Shown: piece by piece, positions 26,420-39,159 of the stretch | How the letters are laid out: each line of letters begins with the position of its first letter | Position numbering within the stretch: the first letter of the stretch is position 1 | NCBI GenBank assembly: GCA_050575255.1 | Contig: JBNZDD010013566.1 | Span: 1,296,353 to 1,360,352 of the forward strand | Direction of reading: 5' to 3' | DNA: 64,000 nt | Source of the DNA: Harriotta raleighana | Taxonomy: Eukaryota | Translations under genes and position numbers: made by a program | Notes under the pieces: model-generated | What the model was told of the DNA's origin: nothing | The model's input: the letters and a program-made list of their open reading frames with translations, nothing else | Database searches by the model: none

Positions 26420-26497
26420 TCATTATTGAATAACTGAAACAGATTGCCTGGAATAGTGGTCGAGGCAAGGACATTGGACTCATTTAAAAACAAGGCT
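26420..26497 (+). mobile_element. CR1 ORF2 C-terminal sliver
   Basis: Reads NRLPGIVVEARTLDSFKNK, similar to WNDLPERVVRSDSIAAFKREL in the 35183 CR1. Confidence 0.6.
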
Positions 26498-27546
26498 AAG
26501 GTTTCAGGTTCAACCCTCCGTCAGCCCATACACAAAATATTTGTCTCTCGCCTTCAAATGAAGTGCATTTCTACCACATTTGTTCTGCTTCAGATCTCCC
26601 GTACTTGTGTTTCTTTACACCTCTGCAGAATTTTAAAAGTGGAAAATTATATGGGTCTTTAAATAAAACAAAATTATAAAGTACAGTTAACCCTCGCCGA
26701 AAGCGACTTTCTCGATTGCGAATTCAACTATACGTGATGAAAAAAATGCGTCACTTTTTTGCGTAACATGTACAAAACTTGGGTGTATGCATTAGCGTAT
26801 ACCCACGCGCATGTGCACTTGCGAGAATGCTGGCCCCGCGCGTTGTACACTTGGGAAGTCTAGATTGGAAATCACTTCCTTCTTTCAACCTGCCAGTTTG
26901 TCTCAGCAGTCATCCACGGAAAACTTACCTCGGCCATTCACTTCTGCCTCTCCCCAAGCATCCACTTCAATGGAGTTTGAGGCTGATGATTCCTCGGCAT
27001 CAGACTGTTATGAGAGCGGGGAGAGTGTTGAGAAGCCCGACTGTTTGCAACCGGCCCACTTAGCTTATTTAGAAGATTCGAACCTCGGATACCAATTGGC
27101 GGAAAATGTGTTTTTTATTCAAGCAACTTATACAAATATAGTAGTTCTAACACTTTAAGCATTTGCCAACTAATTACTTAACACTATTTACTTAATAACT
27201 AATGTATTACAGAACAATACTACCGGGCAACTGTTGCCTTTAACTTGCTCTTTTCTTCTTGAGTCCAGTATATATTTTAACTGACTATTACCTGTCATTA
27301 AACAGAACAACTGGAACTATGACCAGTTCCAGTAGTTCTGGACAACAGTGGCAGGCTGGAGATCTCGGCTTACCGAGACACTCCCCAACTGTTGTAATGA
27401 GACACTCTTTCTCTCCTATCTTTATACTTCTCCAACAGCCTCATCGTAACCAACTTAGCCAATTGATCACTTAGACATTGTCCAGAAGCGATGTCAAAAC
27501 CAGACAATTAAAAGGCCAGGTTTGTAGGGAGTTGTTGGCCTCCCTC

Positions 27547-27889
27547 GTGGAGCTCCTGTGGCTCAGTGGTTAGAGCACTTGCCTTACATGCCTTACAAGC
27601 ATGAAACCTGTGTTCGAATCCAGGCAGATCAGGGCGAAACCTTGGGCAAGTTTCCTTACTCCACATGCCTAATAATAATCCCTCCAAAAAACCCACAATA
27701 ATAAAATTGGTCATTTCAATCCACGACTGTTTGTGGGACACTGCTGTGCGCAATTGGCTGCCGCATTCCGCCCACAAAAAATATATATACAGTCAATTCA
27801 CTTTACAGTATATTCTGTGAAGCGCTTTGGGACGTTGATAAGATGTGAAAAGCGCTATATCAAATGCAAGGATTATTATTATTATTATT
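27547..27889 (+). mobile_element. Young full-length tRNA-derived SINE nested in the LTR
   Basis: TGGCTCAGTGGTTAGAGC (A box), GTTCGAATCC (B box), (TTA)n tail; nearly identical to 42838-43179. Confidence 0.96.
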
Positions 27890-28028
27890 TTCACAGACCT
27901 TGAGATGGCTCTCCTGCTACTCATTTGGCAATTTCCCAACCGTTGTGTCTAGCTCTTTCTGGCCTGAAGCCCCCTCCACAGTACAATCCTTTGCGCCTTT
28001 GTTATCTATATCTTGAGCTCGCTCTCCT

Positions 28029-28128
28029 TCAATTCTTTATTTATCCTAGAAGCTGCTGATGATATTGCGCACGGACCATCAATTCTTTATTTATCCTAGA
28101 AGCTGCTGATGATATTGCGCACGGACCA
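28029..28128 (+). repeat. Perfect 50-bp tandem duplication
   Basis: TCAATTCTTTATTTATCCTAGAAGCTGCTGATGATATTGCGCACGGACCA at 28029-28078 and 28079-28128. Confidence 0.97.
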
Positions 28129-28489
28129 GCACCCAAGGCCATTCGAGCGCAGAGGAACGCGCAGACAATCTCCCCTCCTTCCTGCTCAAGGTTGCTGACC
28201 ATGCCTGTGTTGTTAATAGATTGTTTTAATTGGTGTCTGATTGGAACAAACTATAACTAATCGTTAATATCTCCATATCCCAACAAGAGCAACGAGGGCG
28301 GGGAGAGCAATGAACACCCCCCCCCCCCACCCCTACTGCCCTGAGGGGGAAGCTGTCTGTCTCTATCATTAAACGTACCTTGCGGAACCTGTTCATGGTG
28401 GCAGCCGCTGCGGTGGGTCTGGTGTCGCCGCTCCTTCGCCTCCCTGGGCAGCTACCTGTCAGGCTGAAGTGGCTTTACAGTGACACGGC

Positions 28490-28862
28490 GGCGGCTCTCT
28501 GCCCTCTCCTTTCCCCTTCATGCCAGCTCCTGCCGTCTCCCCTCCGAACCCCGGTGGTTCTCTGTTGCTCTCCCGTCCTCTCCCCGCCTGCCCGCTCCTG
28601 CATCCAGCTGCCCTCTCCCCAGTTGCTTTCTGTCCTCTCCTGTTCCCTCTCTGCCTGCTCCCTCCCCTCCCCGGTTACTCTCTGGCCCTCTACCTTCCCC
28701 AGCTGCTCTCTTCTCTCCCTGGCGGCTCTCTGTCCATTCCGCCTGCTCCCCAGCGACTCTCTGTCTTCTCCCCTCTCCAGCTGCCCTCTACTCTCTCCAG
28801 CTGCTCTCTCCCCGGTTGCTCTCTGCCTCCCTCCCGGGCTCCCCCTGATTTGCCCACTTCCC
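28490..28862 (+). repeat. CT-rich low-complexity core of MITE family B
   Basis: Recurrent CCAGCTGC(C/T)CTCT and GGCGGCTCTCTG units. Confidence 0.85.
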
Positions 28863-29437
28863 TGGTGATAGGGGAGACGAGAGCAGGGAGTGGGGGAAGA
28901 GCAGGGAGAGCGACGAGAGCGGGCCAGCTGGCCGTAGCTTGCCTTAGTTCGTACCTTGCATTGGTCGGGTGTAGATGTGCCTGAAGGCTTGAAGTGGTTA
29001 GCCTGTGTCTGGATTCCTCTAACCCCCTTTCCCATTACTTGTTAAGCTTACCCAACAAGATTTTACTGAGTGCGCAGTTTTCCAGGAACGTAACCCCCGC
29101 GTTCGGCGAGGGGTAACTGTATAAGGATTGGAGACCCCTTATTTTCTTAAGTTAACATTCGGCTCAGAGGAAGTTTCGCTTCACGAATTGATACAAGACC
29201 TTATGCCTACATTCTAAAAGATGCTTGAGCTGCATTGTAACTTTAAAGTATCGTATGTGGAAGTGTAAAAGAGAAAAGTGCCAGACAAATTACCTTTGCA
29301 CTCATATCAGCAGATGGGAAATTATCAGGTTAAACAGTCAATCAACATTTGAATACTTTATAGATTACTGGGAATATAAAATGTGCATAAGCAATTTTAT
29401 TAAAAAGAAATGTTATACATTATTTTTGTGTTGTTGT

Positions 29438-30147
29438 TTGACCCCGAACTGTCCTTCCCTCTCATATCCGCTCCATGACCGGTACAGCTTTCCATCACCT
29501 CCGCAATATTACCAGCCTCCGCCACTACTTTACCCCCCACGCTGCCAAAACACGAGTTCATCACATCTGGGCTCAACTATGGAAAGTCTCTCCACGTTGG
29601 TCTTCCCAGCTCCTCCTTTCACAGGCTGCAGAACATTCAGAATTCTGCAGCTCGTATACTCTCCCTCACTGGGCTCCACAACCACCTCACTCCCATCCTT
29701 GCCCGTCTCCACTGGCTCACCAGTGGATTGAATTCAAGATCCTTGTCCTCACCTTCAAGGCCATTCACGCCCTTGCCTCTCTCTCTTACCTGCTGTCTCC
29801 CTATCAGCCTGCCCTTCCCCTCTGTTCAACAGACTCAGGCCTGCTCCATGTCCACCGCCCTAACTGCCCAACAATCGGCGGCCGGGCTTTCAGCCTCTGC
29901 TTCCACTGTGGAACTCCATCCCGCAGCCTCTCCGCCTGGCTTCCTCCCTTTCCTCCTTCAAGGCCGGTCTCAAGACTTCCTCTTCGACTGCTCCTTTGGT
30001 TCCCCCACTAACTCTTCCCCCTCTCCTTCCCCCTACCCTATACCCTCCTCCTCCCCCAACCCAATCGGGTCCCAACCTGACTGTTCAGCCCTTTGGGATG
30101 TCCTCCTGACATGCAAGGCGCTTTATAAGTGCAATTTTGTTGTTGTT
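29438..30147 (+). mobile_element. L2-clade LINE 3' fragment (~710 bp, ORF2 C-terminus remnant plus 3' UTR and (TTG)n tail)
   Basis: Peptide pieces TAFHHLRNI, QNSAAR, IEFKILVLTFKAIH and L.ST.SGLL.V..TIGGRAFS are characteristic of the L2 ORF2 C-terminus; frameshifted. Confidence 0.93.
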
Positions 30148-31689
30148 AAAATATATTTACTAGAAATACGGAGCTTTTGTAATGTTGTAAAAAGGTGCTA
30201 TGTTTTGGTATAACAAAAACAGTAGCGACTTTGAAATTAGCAGCTTCTTTCTTTTACCTCAGATACAGTAGTGATGTTGAAAACCTTGTTCAAATGAATG
30301 ACGAGGCTTGTTGCCTTTTCTACTTTACTGTTAAGGGATCCAGTAGAAATAAGTCTAGGCAGGAACAATTTATGCATCCGCTTGAAACAACTCCATAGCA
30401 TGAAGCTGAAACTTAACATTAATTGGAATCTCACTTTGAGGGACTATTCAATGACTTGTTTTGGAGCAGCAAAGCATGCTTTATTTGACCTTCCTTCTGG
30501 TGGTAACTGGATGTGATTGTCCTGGGAGAGAGAATTTGTGTTTTGACCTGGCTAATGGCAGTACAGAACTTTTGATGACCTACTCTGTTTTTCCCTTCCC
30601 CTCTCTTGGGTTAGCAGTAAAGTTCTCCTACTGGTGCTTGAGTAAGCAAGCAGTGAATGTTGGTGTTCCTTCTCACACTACACATTATAATTATTGAACT
30701 CTCCATTGTGTCAGTAAGTGGAATCTCAAAGCAGTGAGATAAGACAAGTTAGAAGCTGGTGTTTTCTGTGTATTCTACTTACTGACTTGTATATTTTTGT
30801 AGAGATGATTGAGCGGATAAAGTCTGAGTTGGCAGATTGTTGGTGTGATTTTTGCAAAGTGCTCCGGCAGCTACATACACTACCATTTCCAGGTTTTCCC
30901 TTCTGCATTTATATTCTCATCAATTCCATGACCATTCACCATGTCGTGTAATATATGTTTATCTTGTTTTTATTCCATCAGGCACTTAATCCAAAAATAG
31001 TGACATTCCACCTCATTTGAACATTTTGTTCAGAAATCAGAAATCTTTTTCTATTGAAGCTGATATAATTCAATCGTTCTGCCTGTTTTCACCAGTCTGA
31101 TGAAATAATTGCAGACTTTGTGTGCATTGGCAAAGGTGTCTCACAATGCAATGTTTGTCAAGTGTGAAATTGACAACACGGTTGCACTACATCTGCTGAA
31201 CAACATTGCTGGAGTTATTATTTATTTATGGTCTTTGCGTGTATGATCCATTGTCAGTTGCAGTTATTTCCATAAACAAGTAAGAGAGAGCCACACTTAA
31301 TCTGTTGTAGAAACTCCAAAGTATTAGCCTCTGTATTGTCAGAAATTCGTAGTATAAATGAGAGATGCTTAAAGTATTCCATTAGGATTGTGGTGTGAGC
31401 CACTCAAACAGCAGTGAGATTGAGGTAGTGTAGTGCAGAACTGTGCCATATACCATCAAAGGTGAAGTTAATGAATACCGTTCAATCATAATCGATTATT
31501 GTTTCCAATATCAGATAGTAAAAACAGTGAAAAATATGCACTGCAGATAGATAACACTGAACATCATCCTTTGTAATCCAATTTCTATTTCAAGAATACA
31601 TTTTGATTGAAAAATAAATAAATGTTTGTATTTTTATGTCAGGAGGAAATATTTGAATTATAAAGGCTATAAAGAAAGAGTAATCTGTT

Positions 31690-31910
31690 AATTTGTAGGC
31701 AAACCATTTTGTGAACAGCAAGTCCTACAAACAGCTATGAAGTGAATGATCAAGGTTGTCACAACACCAGAACACCAGGAGAAGCTCTCTTCTATTTTAA
31801 TGATATGAGATCCTTAATGTCACCTGAACAGGCAGACAAGAACTCATTTTAACATTTAATCTTTGGACAGCACCTCTGAAAATAGCACTCGCCCAGCAAT
31901 GCGCTGGAGA
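31690..31910 (-). mobile_element. Deu-domain SINE fragment
   Basis: CAGCAAGTCCTACAAACAGC..CCAGAACACCAGGAGAA..GATCCTTAATGTCACCTGAACAGGCAGAC, colinear with 3100-3300 and 39230-39400. Confidence 0.7.
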
Positions 31911-31956
31911 GAGATTGAATGAAAAAGAAAAATTAGTTGACTTCCTAGTCAACAAG

Positions 31957-32008
31957 TCACTGGGTCTGGGTCACTGGGTCTGGGTCACAGATAAATGGGC
32001 TTTTACTG
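31957..32008. mobile_element. Solo MITE-A terminus preceded by a 14-bp tandem duplication
   Basis: GGGTCACAGATAAATGGGCTTTTACTG|TA matches the right end of 55405-55826; preceded by (GTCACTGGGTCTGG)x2. Confidence 0.75.
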
Positions 32009-34112
32009 TACTTTGTTTCAGTGCATTTGCGAAGCAGAAAGTGATGTCAGTTGCAACCTGGTAATCCCAAAGTCAGCCTTTTTTTTAGTGTGCAAAGCTA
32101 AAATGGTCAATTTCTGGGTCATTGGGTTGCTACTAAGTTAATTTCCTGCTTTGCACATGCACCACAAAATGAGAAGTGACATTGATTGCGAACTAATGAA
32201 CCAAAAGTCGATCATTTTTTGCACAAGAAGTCAGCCAACAAGAGCAAAAACACTTGGGCTGGCTGCCATTACACAGAATTAATCAGGTCCACAGTCCAAT
32301 CTCATTCCAAGTAAATTTGTGTTATAGTGAAGCATGTTATAGTGGGCCTACACTGGAAATGCCGTTGCAGGTCACAGTTTCTCTCAACAACTGTAAAATA
32401 GTTTTAAGTAATTAGTTTTCAAAACTAAAACATGCACATACATGGGAACAATTGTGTAATCTAGATTTTAAACTTTCTTCCCATCCCCCTTATGCTTGTT
32501 ATTTTCATTTTGTCTTGAACTGTGGAGTTGTTAAATCTTTCCATTTCAGACTCGGTGGGATATAGCTGCAATGTTTGCCTTCAAAAAACATTTGGCATAT
32601 TTGCTAGTAATTACTTTTGAAGTGCTTTGAGACGTTTCGGCATAGGGCCCTATGAAAATGCATTTTCTTTTTTTTGTTCATATTGCCTGTTACAGTGGAT
32701 GATTGTGTGGCAGCTGTTGTATTTATGAGAGTGCCGTGGGACTCAAGTGTGTGGAGCTGTGTTCATTCTGGTTTTGTCTGGATAATCTGGCCAAAATTAC
32801 CACTGTGAAAATGTTTTATATTGTGTCACTTGTTTTTATTTCTAGGTGTCATGATGGTCAAGATGAAATTTTGATAGTTACTGCTTTGTTTCTTTTCTTT
32901 TCAGTAAGGAAGATAGCTGGGTTCTTAGTAGTCTGCCATAATTCGTATGAGAGTCTTGATAGTTTTGGCAGTTTATTTTGACCACAGAGAGAATTGCAGC
33001 TCAACCCCATCCTAATCTCACCCAAAGACTATCCGCAAGCATTTTACAGCAAGTGATTGTGGTTGGTGGTCAGTCTGATGACATTGGATGATTTATCCCT
33101 CACAAATAGTCCCATCTAATAGTAGTAATCCAACTGATAGCCACCTGAGAAAATATTGGGATTCAATCCTTAATCTTCTGATTTGTATTCTCATCCACAG
33201 AGACAATGGGATAAACAATTTGCCAAACTCTAAATATTCTGTGTTTTTTTTGTTTTAATCATCAAAATACAATGATTCAACTGTAAGGATTGAGACTACA
33301 TTCACAGTTGTCATACCTGGTTCAGTCAAAGCCTTAAGCACAATGTGGGTTATATGACTATTTGTCATGGATTGAATATTCTAGAGTTAACATTTTTAAG
33401 AAGAGCCAGACAACTCCACTTTGGACTTCCTGTAGGTTGGCGTGACATTCCAGTTATTACATGTAGTCTCCATGTGTACAATTCAACATTTATTTAGGAA
33501 TCCTGCTAAGAAATGTCTCAAAATGGACTCCAGAAGTATACAAGATTATTAAGTTAAATAAAGTCACAAATAGAATACCAACTCTTTTCAGTGTTTTAAG
33601 TTGCTGGTCAACTTTGTTTAATATTATCGTTTATGCAGAGTATGAGTAAGCACAGAGATGGAAATGTAAACTTGCTCTATGACAGATCATTAAGATGAGC
33701 ACTGATTTGAAACTGTACCTGGCCATAACGTTCCAGCTTAGTCCCTACTAATGGGTTGTCAAGATGATGGATTGCCCCAACCTGCCAAATTACTGATCTT
33801 AGCCATTCTGCTATGTGGCCAGAGTGAGATCATTCTGCCTCTTCGAGGTCCATTGTTCCAGGGACTGAGTGAAGTGAACAAAAAGTCATCTCAGTTTCAC
33901 AGCTGACAAAATGAGAGATTGTAAAATAATGAGAATTGATTCAAAGTCTCAATATTTTTGAAGTAGACTATTTAATGATGAGTTGTTGAATATTGAGCTT
34001 ATTCCATGAGTGATGGTTACCTTCTCACTTCTCTCTTCCTCTCCCCTCTACCGCCTACACACGCACGGGTTGAATTCCTTAATGTTTGACTCATCATTGA
34101 TACTGATGAGTA

Positions 34113-34592
34113 CAGTCAACCCTTGCTCCCGACTAAGTCTGATGATTCATCGGCTGGCTAGCTCTGCGCACATGCGCATTTGGGAAGACGCCGGCAGCTC
34201 CCAACTAAGTCCAATGATTCCTCGGCCTCAGAGCAACCTGATGACATTGTATGGTAAACAGAAGAGACAGAGAGAAAGAATATCCTAACACTTCCAGGAC
34301 CAAAAGTAAAATAATTTAGCCAAGCTGTGGTAGCGTACGGTGCTGTTTTATTGTCTCCAGTGAGTCAATGAGAGCGGAGAGAGTGACAAGCAGGCCAGCT
34401 GGCTGTAGCCCGCCTCAGTATGTACCTTGCGTTGGTCGAGTGTAGATGTGGTTGGAGGCTTGAGGTTGGATAGCTGGGGATGGATTCCCCTAACCCCCTT
34501 TTTCCCATTACTTATTACGCTTACCGTACGGGATTTTCCTGAGTGCACTGTTTTCCAGGAACATATCCCCCACGTTCGCCGAGGGCCAACTG
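34113..34592. mobile_element. MITE family B, short deleted copy
   Basis: TA|CAGTCAACCCTTGC ... GTTCGCCGAGGGCCAACTG|TA; 34390-34592 is colinear with 28920-29119. Confidence 0.9.
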
Positions 34593-35032
34593 TATATACT
34601 TTGGTTCATCGGTCATCTTGAAAATTACCTGAAAGTTTTTTTTTAATCTACTATGAGGTGGAAATATTTTATATTTTGCATTATGCCTTCTGAAGCTGTT
34701 TCTACACAATTCAAAAATATACTAGAAACCCAATGGTCGTTTTAGCACGGAATCACAAAAAAAATTGATGTAAACCAGGGTGTTTTGTATGTTAGCATAC
34801 AGTACCCCAAATAAGAAGTTCCAATTTCAGAAAGAGAACCCAAATAGTTAGCCTTTGCCAGTAGGAAACAAGTTTATTCACTCAGTCTCTTTGAAATTCC
34901 TAATGTCACCTAACTTTCAAATTAATTTGAGTAATTTGGTTAACTGGCCTGTCCACTTGGTCGGTATTGCATAATCTAATCATTTAATTTTTATTTGAAA
35001 TCTGTTAACTAAATTTATTTTCTCTGCAAATG

Positions 35033-35180
35033 GTAATAATAATAATAAAAATTCTTGTATAGGACATTTTATATAGGACTTTTCTCAAAGTATAACATGG
35101 TTGTTTTAACACCAATTAACAAAAAAAGTGCTTTTCTCAAAATACTTCACAAAACATACTGTAAAGTGAATTGATTGTAC
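35033..35180 (-). mobile_element. tRNA-SINE 3' fragment
   Basis: (TAA)n tail and ATACTGTAAAGTGAATTGATTGTA. Confidence 0.7.
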
Positions 35181-35182
35181 AT

Positions 35183-35708
35183 ATCATAGAATGTTATAGC
35201 ACAGAAGGAGGCCATTCGGCCCATCGAGTCTGTGTCGGCTCTTTGACAGAGCAATGTCACTTTCATTAACCCCAATCACCAGCTTTCTCCCCATAACCCT
35301 GCAAAACCGTCTTCCCCAGATACCTATCCAGTTCTCTCTTAAAAGCTGCTATCGAATCCGACCTCACTACTCTTTCAGGCAGATCATTCCAATTTCGAGC
35401 AACTCGCTGAGTGAAAAAATTTATTCTAACCTCCCCTCTGCTTCTTTTGGTAGACATCTTAAGCCTGTGACCACGGGTCACAGAAACACCTACCAGCGGA
35501 AACAGCTTTTCCCTATCTAGCCTGTCGAAACCTTTCATGATCTTGAAGACTTCTTCAAGGTCCCCACGTAACCTTCTTTGCTCTAATGGAAAAAGTTCTA
35601 ACTTTTCCAGCCTGTCCTCATAGCTAAGGTTCCCTATTCCTGGAATCATTCTCGTGAATCTCCTCTGCACCCTTTCCATTGCCTTAATGTCTTTTCTGAA
35701 GTATATGG
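35183..35708 (-). mobile_element. CR1 LINE, 5'-truncated (ORF2 C-terminus and 3' UTR)
   Basis: Uninterrupted RKDIKAMERVQRRFTRMIPG..LSYEDRLEKLELFPLEQRRLRGDLEEVFKIMKG..TRGHRLK..FFTQRVARNWNDLPERVV..FKRELD is the canonical CR1 ORF2 C-terminus; ATTCTATGAT-type terminus. Confidence 0.97.
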
Positions 35709-37874
35709 GCGAAATGCCTGAGTAACAGCATCCGTGGCTACATGAAGACAAAACTCCTTGTCCCTCATAAAATCTCAGATTTCCTGGCAATTCTGGATCA
35801 AACTGACCGTAACATTGTTGTGTAAGTTCCTAAAGTATTCCTTACGTACTCAAACCGTGGAAACCTCTCAAAGGGTTTTATTGTTTGTAACATTATGTAA
35901 CATCCAAGAACCAACCAATAATTAATGGATTATAAAACAGAGATATTAAGAATCGTAATGAACGTGATGTATAAGGAAGAGCTCCAACGTTTGAAACCCC
36001 AAATTGTGAGATTCTTGATGTAATAATCAAGCAACAACAAAAAACAAATTACATATCTAGGTGTAATTCAGATATCTTAATTTTTTCACATCCATCCATT
36101 TTGTAATGTCCAAATCCAGTTTAGTGTCTAATCTGTATTGTAGCATAGACCCCACCTCTCCCCCATTACAGGCAGATGCGGATGTGGCAGAGACTCACTA
36201 CATCACGGCAAAGATGGGATTCTGAACAACAACACACCACCATCTGAGGGGTACAGGTAACTGTGCACGTGGTTGATGCCTGCCACCCCTCTCACAGACT
36301 GTGCACTTGCAATCCCCATCCCTCCAGCTCTAACCATTAACCAACCTCAGACCAACCACAACAAAAAATTACATTTATAGAGCGCCTTTTATGTCGGGAG
36401 CCTATGAAGAAGACCTTAAAAAAATCGTACTGCAATATTTCCTAATTTCTGGCATTTGCCTAGTTAGAGATCATCCTAGCTGTGTTTTTGCATCATAACA
36501 GAGGTATTCGCAACCAGCAAAATAAGGTTCATGATCAGTCACACTTTCACGTAAAACAAATTGTTCAAATTGGTAGACTTGGTCTACCACAGCTGCCAAT
36601 TTTATCAATGATAACCTCAGAAAATATCTTTTTGCTAGCTTAGGAAGGATGCACATAAGAGTATCACTTATCGCTATCTATAACAGACTCTTAGCAGTAG
36701 TTTTGGTGGAAACTTACAATTTAACGTAAAGTTGAAGTCTGCCCATGGCATAAATGCACTTCTAGCAGAATATGTGGGAGAAAAGACATGAAGTTTAATG
36801 TTTCTTCACTAGTACATTGCCCCTAAACCATTTAGAAAAGATATTTATTTTGGTGATAAAATTGAGTCCAGTCAATGAAGTTACAAATTGAAATTTTTGA
36901 AAAGTTTGCTTTGGACACATTGCCCCTGATTCATAAATAAGGATGATTTTTCTATTAAATACTTTGGTAGTCCTAGTTCAGGTGAGTCCTTCAGCTCACT
37001 GTATACACAAGATTAAAAGCCTAAAATGGAGTGCATGCACTATGGTCATGTTATTTTAAAATACAAGTCTTAATATTCTAATAAGTGTGCAGTGCAGGGA
37101 TGTGGTCCTCTGTTGTAAATAGAACTGGCTTGGGATTCAGCCCCTTTACAGAAAAGAAAGGCATTAGAAATATTTTCATCTTGTAGTTTTGACCATTTAA
37201 ATCAGAATGGCAAATCTGTCCAGGGACCCAATGTACAGTAATTAGCACTCTTGTGAATGTTGGAGAAGAATTATGATTGTAATGGTTTAGCTGGAGGATA
37301 AAAGGATTGAATTGGGTCTGCCAAACTAAATGAGTTTCCATGGGAATTTTAAACTTGTAAGAAGCATTTACTTAAGTCAGTTTGGAAGGATTGTATCAAC
37401 TAATAAATTATGGGTTTAGAGGAGAGATCCCTAGTTTCTCCAATGAAGTCTGACAGTCAGCAAACCTGTTAGAAAAAGGCTTACCTCTTTAATGAGAGTG
37501 AGCTGAACTGGTGCTCCTGCGTCATTGTGTAGCTTATTCAGTCTAAACTATTTCTGCTAATACAGTACAGTAAGCACATTTCAGTAGAGATAGATTGTAC
37601 CAAATCCCTTGAGCGAAAGGCAAAATCTGATTGTTGCAAACAAAAATTGAATTTCCTACGCTAGATTGGATCTATTTTCTAGTAATGCTCTTAAAATGGT
37701 ATATTTGTGGTGTTTCAATAAACATTAACCTGCTATTGATTTTTAACTTTTCTATTCAATTCATATAATATTTATTATAACACTTGTCTAATGAATCTCG
37801 GAGCTTAGGGAAAGCAGTGGAGACTGATTCTCTGGAAGTGTAATACCTTTGAATGATTATTAGTCTCCCTTATA

Positions 37875-38257
37875 CAGTAAAACCTTGTTTATTCGTGACT
37901 CGATGAACCGGAAAACCCGTTCAACCTCCACCTCCCAAAAAAAAGTCTTGACTCGATTAACTGAAAATTATCCGGCAAATAGTGATGACGCGTTTAATTA
38001 ATGGAAACTCACGTATAGTGATGCTTATCTAAGCTATTAAAACTCAGAAGTTTGCTACTTTGGTCGATTTGAGGGCTGTGATTGCAAAGTTAAGTATAAA
38101 TAAAAGTACTAATACAATATTCTGTTGTTATTTAGTCTATTATTAATATGATATGTGTTAAAAATAAAAATTAAAAATTAAAAATCCGTTCAACCGGAAA
38201 AACATTTAACCACCACTGGCCAGGTCACGTGGGTGCCGGATAAATGAGGTTTTACTG
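37875..38257. mobile_element. MITE family A, subtype A2, cargo-less copy
   Basis: TA|CAGTAAAACCTTGTTTATTCG ... CGGATAAATGAGGTTTTACTG|TA. Confidence 0.95.
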
Positions 38258-39159
38258 TAGTTGCTTATAGAGGACCAGCTTTTCAAGGAATTGAATATTG
38301 ACCTCAAAGATTTCTCATGAATTTGTGTTTGCGAAAGACTAAAAAAGACAAATCACTTAACACTAGTCTAAACTCAAACATTACCTGTATATCCCCTTAA
38401 TAATGAAAATGAAAGGATGTTTACTTTATCTGTTAAATTTCACTGCATGCCTGAATTGCTTTCCTGCCTACCCTATTCAAAATATATATAGTCATTGCCT
38501 TTTTAGCACTCCCTAAGCTACATACAATTTTCCAGAAAAATGATCAGTGTTTATTTCACCTCTGTAAGTTGTCACCAGAAGGCAAATGAAAGCAGTCTGG
38601 GGTACATTTTCATCTGATTAACTGTTCATGTTGCAAGTCCTTTTCCCAGCATGTCTCCTTTATGGTTTGGCTGAGATTGGGAATTTAGAATGTTAGGAAA
38701 TTATGAGAACAAATCATTTCTCTAGAGTAATTTGTGTGGTGACTGGATCCCAAAATGCAGAGCCACTTAGCCTATTTATTTCATCCAATGTAAATACTGA
38801 ATAAATATTTTTAAATCAGGTAATGATAATGGAAACAAAAAAAATACACCCAGGAATTGTGTATATGATTCAAGTACTGTACACTCCAGGAGAGTATACT
38901 GTACAATATGTTTATCCAGCTTCCAAAATTTATGTTAAGACTTATCCCTCTTACACAGATCTCAATATTTAGTGCACAAGTTACAGATGATAAATCTTAC
39001 ACACTAAATTTTTTAGTTAGCCCAAATAAAATGAGTTGACTCATCTAACTATATTCTGTATATCTAAACACTAGTTACATCACAGAGATTTGAGTGTGTT
39101 CCATATGATTTGTTTATTTAGAGAATTTGGGTTAATATTGAAATAATAATCATACATAC

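Larger units (their letters stand above)
27006..28285 (-). mobile_element. Probable solo LTR (ERV/Gypsy-type)
   Basis: TGTT...AACA termini; flanks AGAC (27002-27005) and AGAG (28286-28289). Removing it restores TGATTCCTCGGC(A/C)TCAGAGCAAC as in the empty copy near 34215-34237. Minus strand has TATAAA (27421-27426) upstream of AATAAA (27114-27119). Confidence 0.75.
26684..29119. mobile_element. MITE family B (pogo/Tigger-like), hosting nested LTR and SINE
   Basis: TA|CAGTTAACCCTCGCCGAAAGCG ... CGCGTTCGGCGAGGGGTAACTG|TA: 22-bp TIR with 2 mismatches. Arms are homologous to 34113-34592 and, inverted, to 53249-54089. Confidence 0.93.

Noticed and set aside
28380-29035. Four overlapping 122-186 aa ORFs (and similar ones at 53176-54057) considered as a transposase
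   Set aside because: Low-complexity MITE interior open in several frames; no helix-turn-helix or DDE/D motifs seen.
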